A stretch of DNA of 64,000 nucleotides from Heteronotia binoei (Eukaryota): NCBI RefSeq assembly GCF_032191835.1, contig NC_083232.1:34596001-34660000 (forward strand), read 5' to 3'. The notes under the pieces are model-generated. The model searched no databases, had not been told where the DNA came from, and saw only the letters and a list, made by a program, of their open reading frames with translations. Position 1 is the first letter of the stretch; the number at the start of each line of letters is the position of its first letter. Position numbers and translations under genes: made by a program. Below are positions 1 to 12,722 of this stretch, in pieces.

Positions 1-2140
1 AGCACTCCAGCATACCGTCCGCTTTCTATTCACCATCCTTAGATGTTAGTAGAGCAAAGCACATGGCTTGCAGATGTGCACATCCCCAGGGGTTTCCACA
101 GCTGTTTGGGAGGCAGCTGGGAAAGCACAGCCAGCAGGAGGGCAGCGTGACACTTGAGAGAGCCCAGATTCCTTCCCAGATCTCTCTCCTCTCTTGCTCT
201 GCCTTTGTAAACTGAAGCAGCAGCTCATGCTCAACTATCCCAACCAAGAAAACACTGCTTTGACTCCAGTTGTCCAAAATTGCAACATGCCATCACTGAG
301 GAAGAGTCAAATTTTGTCCCTCCTTTCTCCAATAAATATTCTCCTTAGAGCTAAAAGGAGCTCTGTCCATCCTTCTAAGAGGAACATGGAGCAACAGGAG
401 ACCATACTAAAGACTGTCAGAATTTATTCTGGCAGAAGCTTTCATGAGCTCACTTCCACTGATGCATTTCAAAAGGCTCCTGCTGAATTGGATTGTTCAT
501 CTTTGTGGTGCCCCTGCCTGGACTCTGGTTTTATTCTGCTCCTACAGACTAATAGTGACCACCCATCTCCAATTTATTTTGATAGTTTCAGGAGACACCC
601 AGAATGGTCTGTAACAGTCAGATTTGAGTTAGATTCCAGTCCCTGAAGTGCCACAGGAACCTAATCCAAATCTAATTTAATCTGAATGTTCCATTTTTTC
701 TAAACTGTGTTATGGTTCCCTTTTAGCTGTTTTACAGATACTGTTTTGGGTTGCTTGATGCTGTGTTGATGGCTTGGATTAATATTGATAATTTCACGGT
801 TGTTATTTTGATCATTTTATCATGAGTATTTTTCCCTGGTGAATCTCAAGCAGTTCTCTAGAGAGGCGCTATTAACATTTCCTACAGAAACGATTCTGCT
901 GGTAAAACCCTGAATCCAGTCCTTTTGCAGGCTACTTGAACTTTGACTGCCAGAAGAAGAAGGGCAACTAGTAAAGTGCCCAGCAGTGAATTGGGGCAGA
1001 AGCCTCTCTCTCAGCCTAGCCCTCCCCTCCCCGCTCAGGGATATTCACGGAGGGAAAATATAGGGAAGGCAGAAAGTGAACCACCCAGGCCACCCTGAGC
1101 AAGGGCAGGATAAAACCAAGTATATGTGAGCACATGGGATAATGAAACTCTTCTAGGTTTGCAAGAGTCTGGGTGGGAGGAAGATCCTGACCTTTTAATG
1201 GAAGTTTAATGTGTGGGAATGGGCAGGGGAAGCTTTTCCTGGCATGGAGGGAAGTAACATCACCGGGTAAATAACAGCCCCAATTTAGGGGATGGAATTT
1301 TTTGTTGTTGTTTTTCCCCAGGTTGGTGGCAGTTGAGCCACGACATCATTTTACACTTCCACTGAATGAAATAGGTATGTACTGCTTGCAATAAATATGT
1401 ACTGGTTGTGTTCGTTTTAAATCAAACTGCTCCATGATTTTAGCTCGCTCCAGAAATCCAAGGGCTGCTTCTATCGCCCCTGCTCCATGTTTCTCGCGAA
1501 TGCTGCAACCCTTTTTTTCTGACGTCCAGCTGGAGGCGAGGAAAGCGTAGGAGAGTAGAATTTGCAGGATCCTCCACCGCGGAGGAGGTTGGGGTCCGCA
1601 AGCGCACCATCTGTATAAAAGAAAAACGGTGCTTTGATAGGATGAACCCGGTTTTGGGAAAGTTTATTTTGGCCACGCACACCAAGGTCAGCTTCTCTCC
1701 CGGCACTCTTCAAAGCTTCCTTTGAAGCGGAGCGAGGATTCTAGGGCCGCGCGCGTCCACACGTTCAAGCGTCACTCGTCCAGCCATGCTATGAAAAACT
1801 GCAGTGGCCCATTTCGATCTACATTGTACCTTTATTAAAGGAACAGGACATTTTTTATCCTCCCTCCGGACTGTTGGCAACCCAAGAGAGTTTAGGGCTG
1901 GGGGGCTGTTACTGTTTCTTAACAGAAGTCCACCAGCGACGCTTTTCCTGGTCCTGTGAATTGCTCCGATCAGCCAGCTCGCTGCTGAAAGACCAGTGGG
2001 GCTGAGCAGTTGTTGGCCCCTGGCCGGCCCCGAGACCGAATCCCCCCGGGCTCCCAAAGCGCGGCAACAAATCCTGGAACTGCTCCAGTGTCTGATGTAA
2101 GGGGAAGGGGGGGGGGGTCTTCTAGGTCTCGGCACGCGCG

Positions 2141-2154
2141 GCTGCCATGGCAAC
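2141..2154. promoter_or_regulatory. RFX X-box motif GCTGCCATGGCAAC
   Basis: 13/14 match to the palindromic X-box GTTGCCATGGCAAC, inside the CpG island. Confidence 0.6.
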
Positions 2155-2310
2155 AACAGCCATCTCCCGCCCAGCTGGGGGGGGGGGCGGGAGAGATCCC
2201 CTGTCGTCGCTACTCGCTGGGCGATCAACCCCTTCCGCTCTGAAGCCGACGGGCAGGCTGGGAGGGGAGAGGGCCCAACCCAGGCGCCGCCCCGGCCCTT
2301 CGCTCGCCAG

Positions 2311-2324
2311 CCAGCAGGGGGCAC
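2311..2324 (+). promoter_or_regulatory. CTCF core motif CCAGCAGGGGGCAC
   Basis: Fits the consensus CCASYAGRKGGCRS at every position, inside the CpG island. Confidence 0.6.
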
Positions 2325-2556
2325 CACCGGGCGCGGAAGGAGGGGCTCGGGAGAAGGCAGCCTGGGGAAGGAGGCGGTGGCTGCTGCGCGGGAGTGACGG
2401 GGCTGAGAGGGCCGTTAGGGCCCCATATGCTCTCCTGTGGGTGAAGCTGGGTAGAACCGAGTCGGGGGTTGTCTAGGTCGAAAATGTGTCCCAAACGTCA
2501 CGCTTTGCAGGGCCTGACGTTTTAGACGACGAAACCTGCGGCTGGTCATGCTTTCG

Positions 2557-3238
2557 GGCTGCCAATCCCCAGGTGGGGGCAGGGGACCCCCGGTTTGGAG
2601 GCCCTCCCCCTGCTTCAGGATCATCAGAAAGTGCGGAGGAGGGAAATGTCTGCTGGGCACTCCATTATTCCCTATGGAGACCAATTCCCATAGCGTATAA
2701 TAGATAATTGATCCACGGGTATCTGGGGCTATGGGGGCCTGTTTTTTGAGGTAGAGGCACCTAATTTGCAGCATAGCATCCAATCCCTCTCCTCAAAACA
2801 TTCTTCAAGTTTCAAAAGGATTGAACCAGGGGGTCCAATTCTATGAGCCCCAAAAGAAGGTGCCCCTATCCTTCATTGTTTCCGATGGAAGGAAGGCATT
2901 TAAAAGGTGTGCAGTCCCTTATTTTATGGCCAGAACTCCCTTTGGAGTTCAATTGTGCTTGTCACTCCTGGCTCCACCCCCAATGTCTCTTGGCTCCACC
3001 CCCAAAGTCCCCAGTTATTTTTTGAATTGGATTTGGCTACCCCAGGGCTTTTTTTGAGCAGGAATGCAGTTCTGGCTGGCTTGGTGTCAGGGGGTGTGGC
3101 CTAATATGCAAATGAGTCTGCTGGGCTTTTTCTTCAAAAATCCCTTTGTGGAACAATGGTATATTAGGGGTGTGTGGTTTAATATGCAAATAAGTCCCTG
3201 CTGGGCTTTTTCTACCAAAAAAGCCCTGGGCAACCCTA
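2557..3238 (-). mobile_element. Non-autonomous DNA element (GGGTTGCC...GGCAACCC termini, about 415-490 bp family), interrupted at its end by a hAT MITE
   Basis: Reverse-complement homolog of 7733-8147 and of 37688-38037. Termini gggctgcc and ggcaaccc-ta. Confidence 0.75.
3043..3228. mobile_element. hAT MITE (CAGGGCTTTTT TIRs, octamer-bearing family)
   Basis: TIRs cagggcttttt/aaaaagccctg. 8-bp TSD ggctaccc/ggcaaccc (7/8). Confidence 0.85.
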
Positions 3239-4453
3239 TCATGCTAACTGGACGATTTCAGTGGAACTGCTTACAAATCATCACACTAAGGAGGAATACA
3301 ATTTCTGCCCTAATATTTCCCATCCCCTCGCCTTTGACAAATATCACATGCTGCAGCCAGACTCCCTAATACTCCCTAACACTCATGGGGGGGTTGGGAG
3401 GGGAGAGAACAAAATATGTTGACTTCTTTTATCTATTATAATAGTTGCATCTTAGTCCATCCCACATTCCTAGTGACAAATAATAACAGAAAAGCTTACG
3501 TTTTGAAGAGAATATTGACAGGATGGGAAGGTGGAGAATTCAAGGGGATGATAAATATTTGTAGTAAAAAAATTATTTGTAAAAAAAGTTTTGACATTTT
3601 TGCTGAGCAATGATGGTTGAAATAAAATTAATGAAATATAAATTAACATTTCATACAAAGGAAATAAATTTAAACCCAAATGTTAGAAAATGAGAACAGA
3701 AGTAACCTATATCTAAAAAATTATATGAAGTATGAATGTCCTCAAAATAAATGTTCCGTAGATATTTTAAATGCTGCTTTTCAGTCTGAACAACTACTTC
3801 AAGATTGTTCCTTTAGAAAGATTTGTATTGAATTCCTGCAGAATCTGAATCATTGACCCCACACCAGGCTAAGACCCCTGATTTCAATAGACTGAGACTG
3901 AAGTAACTTGGCATAGTCTTGCAGTGATAGTTTAGCCAAGTCTTCTTTTCTCTGTAATTTTTAAAAGGAGTGTTTATTATGTTAACCTATACTGCTGCCC
4001 ATGCCATGGTGTTTAGAGGATGCAAAGACCCAATTTTATTTGTAAGGATACCTTTTAACTCCTGCTCTTGTTGCTTTTTCCCAGGGCACATCACAGAGAA
4101 GTTTGTCTGCCTTCTTTCCCTGCTCTTCACTGTGTTTCTAATGATTTTGGGGGCAATCCTAATTTCCATTAGAGTAATCGATCGCGAGACTCCCATTGAT
4201 TTCAGAGGAAGTTAGGCTGAGCCTTTGATGTTTCCTTGTCTTGTAATTCAATGTTATGTTCCTATTCAGAAACAGAAGAAATTGACTTTTTAAATATTTT
4301 CTCTTTATCCTTGCCCTTTATGTCTTTCATCCAAAGTACAGCATAACACTTGCTGGTGTGACCTTACTCCATTAAGAGCTCAGCCCTGCTGGCAAACAAG
4401 TGCATAGAATGAACTACAGTCTTATAATTCTATCAACGGTTATAGCCTCCGGT

Positions 4454-4597
4454 GGATAGCTGTGTTGGTCTGAAGCAACAGAACAAAATTAGTCCAGTGG
4501 CACCTTTAAGACTCCAGTTCCTACCCACATGCAGGTGTATACCTTGAATAAAACTTTGTTGGTCTTAAAGATGCCACTGGACTCAATTTTTGTTCAA
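4454..4597. mobile_element. Penelope-like element terminal fragment in inverted arrangement
   Basis: Inverted arms at about 4481-4512 and 4562-4595 (gtccagtggcacctttaagac / gtcttaaagatgccactggac). The motif resembles reptile Penelope ends. Confidence 0.55.
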
Positions 4598-7500
4598 CAG
4601 CTATAGCTGTGAGAGGGGTCAGTGAAACTTCCATACTCTGGGATAGCATACCTTTGGCTACCAAATGCTGTCAATAAACGACATGACATGCCAGTCTCTG
4701 TAGCTGCTTGCAAGTGGGGTGAAAGTAATTTAAATTTCTCACTGGTACTATTTCTTTTGGGGAACTTGAAACAGAAGGTGCTTCTACTATATAGCCATTG
4801 CCTTACTGGTAGCCTGAACCAGCCTGACACTGCATACTTTCACCTGTGCTTGTGATCTGTTTAGAGGTATTGGACTGTTTATTTATTTAGCTGCTTCATA
4901 AATATAAATGTATGCCTTTCTAAGCTCATGAATTTAGAAGGGTGTTGGTGTGCTTAGAATTGCACTGCTAAGTGTTTTTACCTGGTATTCTTAACTAACT
5001 GCTACCAAAGTGGCTACTACCAATCCACCACATGAAATAAAACAGCAGGAAAACCTAATATTGAAATGATGAATAAATACCACAGCATAATGTTGGAAAA
5101 GAAGGACTCAGCACTGTATGAAACGATGGTACATAAAAACAGAGCAACAAGACCATCATCATACATCAAAGCAGTAATAAAGATATTGAAGTGGCCAGTA
5201 AAATACATCAAGAAATGACTGAGGGAAGTCTAACTGAGGATGGAAATACCAGGTCTTCCTAAATGGACTTTGTTCTGATCCAGCTAGTCCAGGAATGACC
5301 AAACTGCATCTCAGGAGCCACATGTGGCTCTTTTACACTTGATGCGTGACTCCTGGAGGTCAAGGAGGAACATAATGCAGGCTTATGCTCAAGTAAGCAT
5401 GCTTAGTATCAGAACCTCAGTCAGCCTCCGAATGCTGACCCATAGGTAGGCGACTATTTCAGCTGTGTGTGAAGTGGAGGAGCGAGAAGTAGGCAGGCTT
5501 ACAAGCTCTTCACCACACAGGTTGCCTTGAGACCTAGAGCAAAGAAAAAGAATGCAAGAGCCAAGGGAGCCACTGGAAGGAGGGACAGGATTAAAGAGGG
5601 CAGCACAGCGTTCCTTAGTTTCATAGCTCTCATAAGTGCTGTGTCAAGAGAGATGCATAATGATGCAAACAGTGGTTCATGATTTATATGGTACAGGTGT
5701 GTTTCCTTCTCCCACTGGTGCCAAAAATAATTCCCTAACCTTTCCCTATGCTGATTTTATGGGGAATATTATCCCTAACTTTTGTTTTTTAAAAAGTCTA
5801 GCATGGTCATGTAATATTGGTTCATATCTTGCAGCTGTCAAAATCTGATGTTTAGTCTGTGTGGCTCATGTAAAGTAAGTTTGGCTGCCTCCAAGCTAGA
5901 CCATTGTTCTCTGCTTACACAGAAAATTAACACTAGGTGTATGGTGCAAGCAGAGGGTGCAAGAGCTGGTGTTCAGAAGCCCAGTGTGGTCCCAGCACTT
6001 TGAAAACTGAACATGTCATGTCAAAATAGGGTTGCCAATTACCTGGTGGGGAACAAGTTCTCAGTCCTTAAAATAGGCTTGGTGGCTTATTGTTTACCAA
6101 CTGATGTTACTTACCTGTGCACCATGAACAGCTTCGTCTGCCCATTTCTATGCATGATGCCCTTACTAAAGAAGCAGGATGTTTTTTTCCTAAGCCTAAG
6201 TCAAAACCTTCCCCAGCTATGAACTTGGGTGTGCCACCATTTTCTGAGCCTCTACTTCCTTGTTTATAAAATGGGAATGTTACCATATCTACTGAAAGGA
6301 AAAATGACCTTGAATATAAGATACCCCAAAAAATGTTATACACAAGATTATTTTTATTATTGGACATAATTGTAATTCATATGAGAATTTAAGGTGATCC
6401 ACTTTTTTGGATAGTGTATCTTGGGGAAAACCTAGTCTTGCATTTGTGTGAATAAATTTATTTATTTGTTTCTTTGTTTATTTTCTATCCCGCCTTCTTG
6501 GCAAGTGGACTCAGGGCAGCTAACAATCAATTAAAAACACAGTTTAAGATTACAATTTAAAAATAATAAAATTAACAATTAAAATAAATTCATGGTGGTA
6601 CTCAGAAATTTTCGGTATAGGCGGGATCACAAGTAATAGTCTAGTTGTGTTTGTAATGCAGCAAGTAAAATGAGATAAAGAGCACTAAAAGTGTGTCGTC
6701 TCCTACTTCCCTTATGTTTAATTAAATAGAAAACCTCCATGGGAAGCATTTGCTTTAAAAATGATGCCTGCTCTTTTCCACTTTCTAGCCCACATTAACA
6801 AGTTTCTTACACCCTATCTGAATGCCAAGGGTGCTTTCTGATTACTGTGTGTAATGATTTGTTATACATGTTTGAGATTGTTAGCACTTGAGTCCAGAAT
6901 TTGGTTACAAAAGAAGGCAGATGCCAAGAAAGGAAAAAAGAAAGCATGCATTAGGGGAGACACTGTAACCCAAGAACACATGGCAGTCTGCTGACTGTAT
7001 CTTATAAACGCTGCTGTTCAAAAATCTTTCTTAAGCATGTAGAAGCCTGTGGTTACTTATAAAGATTTAGTACATATTGACCCAGATTAATCCAAAATCA
7101 ATATTTACTTTGACAGATAATAAGGTTTAAGAGCTGCCCTTCCATAAAGTCAGTAGAACAAAAAATGTTTTCTTTTTTTCAGGGAATGCAGCCTATATAA
7201 CACTAGGTCACAGTAATGTAATGACGATCACTGAATTTACATGCACATAAGCAGCGTTCAGAGTTTGCCCAGAGTTGGCCAAAGTGCTATTTCAGGCAAT
7301 CCCCGCTGCCGCAAGAGCATCAAATGAGAATCCAGAGTAAGATTCCCCGATTCCTACCCATATACACAAGAAGAGCTTCTCTGCTTTTGATAGTTGCATT
7401 CCTGGAGGATGCTGAATACAGCTTCACATTTTCTGGTCTGCTGGAGGCAGGCCTGTAGCCAGGATTTTTCATTTAGTGGAGCCTATCAGCAGTATTTTTA

Positions 7501-7732
7501 TATGGTGGGGCCCCACATTTTTGTGGGCTGCCAATATTTGTGGGGCACCAATTATGCTCATACATACACATTATGCTCATTCTTAACAATGATGTTTGTA
7601 AGCAGGTTGCAGAGCAGAGAAGGAGCAGCCAGCCTTCGATTGGAGGAAGTCTTGCTGGAGCCACTTGGTGATTGGATAGCCTCCCTTCCTTCCTGCATGC
7701 TTTGCAAACAGGAAGTGCTGCTCAATTGGAGC

Positions 7733-8147
7733 TAGGGTTGCCAAGTCCAATTCAAGAAATATCTGGGGACTTTGGGGGTGGAGCCAGGAGCAAGTTATGA
7801 CAAGCATATTTGAACTCCAAAGGGAGTTCTGGCCATCATATTCCAAGGGACCTCACACCTTTTAAATGTCTTCCCTTCATTGGAAATAATGAAGGATAGG
7901 GGCACCTTTAGGGGCTCATAGAATTGGGCCCCCGATCCAATCCTCTTGAAACTTGGAAGGTATTTTGGAGAGAGGCACTGGATGTTATACTGAAATATTG
8001 GTGCCTCTATCTCAAAAAACAGCCCCTCCAGAGCCCCAGATACCTGCTGATCAATTCTCCATTATATACCCTATGGGAATGGGTCTCCACCCCCACCCCC
8101 CGTTTTCTGATGACCTCTCTGCCCCCAGCTGGGGATTGGCAACCCTA
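7733..8147 (+). mobile_element. Complete non-autonomous DNA element, ta-GGGTTGCC...GGCAACCC-ta
   Basis: 8-bp TIRs flanked by TA. Homologous copies at 2557-3238, 37688-38037 and partly about 56400-56620. Confidence 0.8.
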
Positions 8148-9104
8148 ATTGGAGCAGCAGCAATGGCAGCAAATTCTGCTGCAGCTTTAAGCTATGAGGC
8201 AGCTACAAGGACAAACGCTATGGAGATGAGGCAAACACTATGGAGACGAGAAGTAATGAATGGAGGTGAGCTTACAGGGACTAATTGGCGGGGCCATGGA
8301 AATGGGGTTTGAAAGGCCAGGCTGGGCTCCCCCAGCCCGTCCCCCCCCCCCCGATAGCTATGGGCCTGGCTGGAGGCAAACACCTAGAGAAATTCTGGTT
8401 TCGAACTTGCCCTGAGTCAAACCCAATCCATGGTTACATACTTAAAAGAAACTGTTTCTCAGAGCATCAACCCCATTTTATTTCCATGCATATGTATAAT
8501 TGGGGGTTTCAGGGTTTATTTTGTAGATTACACAACTAAAAGTTTAGCTGAGAGATTAGTCAGGGACAGTTTTAATTGTTGATGTTCTAGCTGGTTGAGG
8601 GAGAATTTGTTCATTTAGGGTTTTTCCATGGCTCTTTTGGTTCAGTTGGGTTGAAGTAATGGGAACAGTAAAAAAAATCATACTTCTTTTCCTTATAATA
8701 ATGACAACTTATAACAATTGGAGAATTGTGGCTGGATCTCCCAATATTTCCTTAGCATTGACTGCTACAGGGAGAGCAGATCTGGGGTCGGAGCTGGGGT
8801 GGTTTGGAGTTAGAGCTCTGTGCACAGTTTCCCTGATAGAAATTGCTCCCTCTCTCCTTTCATTTACCACAAACCATGGTAGAGGTTTTTTAAAATTGTA
8901 CCTGACTCCACACTCCATAAGGCTAATCACAGCTGTGCAGGGCAGTTCTACTACAGCAATAGTGCATGGGGAAAATGTTAACCCATCCACTCAGTGACTG
9001 CTTTTTAATATTAAAGTAAATGTAGAGAGATCTCATAAAAAATCTCCCATATAATGGCCCAGAGGAATTTAGTGTGGGGGGGGGGAACATTTCACTGTAT
9101 ATAG

Positions 9105-9241
9105 CAGGGGTGGCCAACGGTAGCTCTCCAGATGTTTTTTGCCTACAACTCCCATCAGCTCCAGCCATTGGCCATGCTGGCTGGGGCTGATGGGAGTTGT
9201 AGGCAAAAAAACATCTGGAGAGCTACCGTTGGCTACCCCTG
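9105..9241. mobile_element. Palindromic hAT MITE
   Basis: Whole element is an inverted repeat (caggggtggccaacggtagctctccagatg...). Perfect 8-bp TSD gtatatag at 9097-9104 and 9242-9249. Confidence 0.9.
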
Positions 9242-9653
9242 GTATATAGTGTATATAGTGATGTCAACAAAGGCATTGACATAGATTTTGGTAATGTGCA
9301 GATTTCTTTCAATGTAATCTGTTAAGTAATTTAAAAGCAGATGATCAACCAAGAATTCTTAATGGATTCATAGGGTTGCCAACTCAGGGTTGGGAAATTC
9401 CTGGATATTTTGGGATGTAGCCCAAGGAGGGAGAGTTTTGGGGTTGGGAGGGACTTCAGCAGGGTATAATGTCATTGATGTCATCCTAAGCAGCCATATT
9501 CTCTCCAGGGAAACCATTTCCTCTCCAGCCTGGAAATCAGTTGTAATTCCTGGAGATCTAATGGTTTGACAGTTCTGATTATATTAATTGGCTATTTTTT
9601 AGATTAAAAAGAGAGAGAATCCTACAGTTAGCCTGGAAAGTTCACATCTACAG

Positions 9654-9788
9654 CAGGGGTGGCCAATGGTAGCTCTCCAGATGTTTTAGCCTACAACTCC
9701 CAACAGCCCCAGCCAGCATGGCCAGTGGCTGGGGCTGATAGGAGTTGTAGGCAAAAAACATCTGGAGAGCTACCATTGGCCACCCCTG
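9654..9788. mobile_element. Second copy of the palindromic hAT MITE
   Basis: Highly similar to 9105-9241. TSD not clearly preserved. Confidence 0.85.
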
Positions 9789-12605
9789 TACTAGGGCTTA
9801 TAAAAATCATATGAGCACATAAAAGCCAATTGACAGATCTCTTTGTTTCCAGAGTAGGCTCATTGTTTTTAATGAACATACTTTAGAGCAAGCAGGATGA
9901 GGAGTAATGCTTAAGTAGTCCTATCTTTAGGAGGACAAGTCCCAAGAGATGTGGGGATTTAATTGCCCCTGATAGATTTAAGTCTTCTGGCTCCTTTTGT
10001 TCAGAGTCAGGAAGGCTTTTCCCTTTTCATATACAACGCTGAGAAATCACTCCTCATTTTGGACTGCCCTAAAAGTGTCCGTTATGGGGCAGAGAAGAAT
10101 ATGGCTTTTTATAAACCTCTCAGGGTTCTTCCTGAATTTTGACAGAATTAGTTTAAGTGCCTTCCTCCTTTGTTATCTCTTTAATAGATTTTTTCCCTGG
10201 GTCTGCCTGTCTCAGTTTTCTGGGTCGAAAAGCTGCTTTCTCTCTTCTCGGGAACAAAGAAACAGCCCCTGTTTAACTTAATCAAATACTCTGCTCTTTC
10301 TGATAGAAAGAAAAGCAGCCAATTTACCTCTGACAACTATTAAGTCTGCAACAAATTTCCTGTGTTTGGTTTATATGAAGCCTTTCTGCATATGTCTAGC
10401 CTTTCTATTCTCTTCAGTTTCATATGATGAAAACCATTTTTAAAAAGATCTTTGCACAATATGTATTTCAGCGGCAAACCTTTCTTGGGTCTTCATTATC
10501 CTTTGTTTTAAAATTGCAGCAGGGCTTTCCCCTCCAATTCATTTCTAGGCTTCGGAGTACAAAAATTATTGTTACCAAATCCAGTATTTTTCATACAGCC
10601 TCTCCATAGTCTTTTCTTCTGCTGGCTTTAAAAGGAGAACAAAGTATTATTAAATTTAATTGTAGTTTGGCCTGCCTGATATGATGCCAAGGCCTTGACC
10701 CCTTAGTAAATACAGCGTAAATCTCATGTTGAGCATTTCTACTATGTTTCTCCCTGGAGTATGGCTGTTCATCATCCCTCACATAGGGGGGAAAAACACT
10801 GTTAGGATCATTTCAAACATTATATTTTTCTTTCAGCAAAAAAAAAGCGCTATATATTATGAGTTATACAGCACAGTTAATGAGATGGCCCCTTCTAGAG
10901 GCAGATCTATGCCCCAAGGAGCTTATAATCCAATGTTGACAGAAGGAGGGGAGGGGAAGGCAAGGCGTGACTGAGGGCAGGTGTAGTGATAAGGCTTTGT
11001 CTGAGAAGGAGGAGATTTGACATGACTTTTCATATAGGAAAAGCCACATCACTTGTCACAGGTATGAGCTGCACATTTGTCTGTTTCATTACATCTACAT
11101 GCTCTGGAAAGCTTCCCAGTTCACACAGTAACATACCTACTTTTAATTCTAACTAGGTGATGATGTTCCCGTTCATCCTTTACATTCGCATCTGACCAGG
11201 AAGCAGATTCCCATCTGGTTGCATCATGATAATTTCTTGAGTTTACTGAACTTTCGGAAAGCATCTTTGGACACATAGGGGATGAGCCTTCACTTTGAGA
11301 GCTACCAGTCATTAGGGTGTTTCCACCCATCCATAGACTTCCCTACTTCTCTGTCCTACTGCATCCCTCTGAACCCCCTCCCTATTTTGTTCTTAGGTGT
11401 CAGCAGACCCTTGGGGTTGGGGTTGGGAACATTAGAGAGGGCATGGGGGGAGGTCTGCAATGGGAGGAGGAATCAGTGGAAATTTCTGCCTTGTCTTCCA
11501 CATATTAAAGTGCCATTTGGTGGGAGGAATTGCATGGCTGGATACACCCCTAATATTCATGGTGTGAGTTGAATCAAGGTTAAATATATATAGTGAAATA
11601 TAATGGAAGGATAACCGTTCTATTTTCTTGAGACTAGAATTATACCTTCACTTGTGTTTCCTTAGATTTATTTCTCAGAGTTCTTAAAGTACCTCTTTCA
11701 ACAAACAGATTTCTAACTAAATTTAGGCAGCATCTCCTCCAATATGAACCTATTTGACATCTGAGATTTTTGAATGTTGAGGCAAGATAGGGCTCTAACC
11801 CAAAGTAGAATAAATTTTTGTTCCTGTCTCAGAGCTTCCTCAGGAAGTTTGCTTGTTTCCCTCCCTGTTCTCTTTTTCAAAGGCAAGTAAAACCTTTTAA
11901 AACATTTCATTTAGCTTGAGAAAAGTAATATTTATTTCACCTTGAAGTTTTATTAATTAAAAGAATTTTAAAGGTTTTAGCAGGTTTTATATTTTAAAAC
12001 CACTTTGTAAATGGTTTTAAAATGAAATATATACATATAATGCAATAAGATAACTATCTGAATAACAAAGCAAGTAGAAAAGTGGCTTGTGGGAAACCAA
12101 TAAGTAATTATTTGTTCTTTGTATTTTCTGTTGGTTTGTCTGTACACTGGATAAAGAAATTATATGCATTCAGTGTAATATGCAGGGAGAATAATCCAGT
12201 TTGTGAAACTGGATTTGTAAATGCATCTATTTTTAGAACAAACCTTTACACTGTTAAATATACATAATGAAATTTTTAAATGGCAGTTCCTGGTAATTTC
12301 ATGTCTTTTGCTTCCAGATTTTGAAGTGTCATGTGTCAATATGCTATTACAATGGTAAAGGATTTTTTCCACAATGGACACAGTTCAAGAATTCTATATT
12401 TGTGTTTTATTGCTGGGTTTTCCTGTCTTCACCTGCTGTATTGACTGATGTTTAAGAGTTTTGATGCTTTTAGCTGTTGCTGTTTTCTTTTTTTAATGCA
12501 ACACAACTTGTTACTTTAGTAGTGGGAACTGCAGCTATGATCTCCGGCTCTTGCCTTTATTCAGAATTAGCTGGGGGAACACAGATGAAAAGGAACTATC
12601 TTCAT

Positions 12606-12722
12606 CAGGGCTTTTTCTGTAGAAAGCCCAACAGGAGCTCATTTGCATATTAGGCCACAATCCCTGATGCTGAGCCAGCCAGAACTGCGTTCCTGCTAAA
12701 AAAAAAAAAAAAAAAAGTCCTG
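12606..12722. mobile_element. hAT MITE (octamer-bearing family)
   Basis: TIRs cagggc.../...gtcctg. Perfect 8-bp TSD atcttcat at 12598-12605 and 12723-12730. Confidence 0.9.

Larger units (their letters stand above)
1450..2530. promoter_or_regulatory. CpG island / promoter-like region, no gene assigned
   Basis: High GC and CpG density in non-repeat sequence (gcgcgcg, cgccgccccgg, gcgcgg) against a CpG-depleted background, with GC boxes. Confidence 0.8.

Noticed and set aside
194-646. 150-aa plus-strand ORF
   Set aside because: Non-ATG start, no recognisable homology, and a length within the chance range for 64 kb.
1710-2327. 205-aa minus-strand ORF across the CpG island
   Set aside because: GC-rich DNA lacks stops in several frames at once. 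The composition is P/G/R/A-biased and matches no known protein.
5017-5211. Hydrophobic 64-aa ORF resembling a membrane protein
   Set aside because: The hydrophobicity follows from the T-rich strand. No convincing splice sites or homology.
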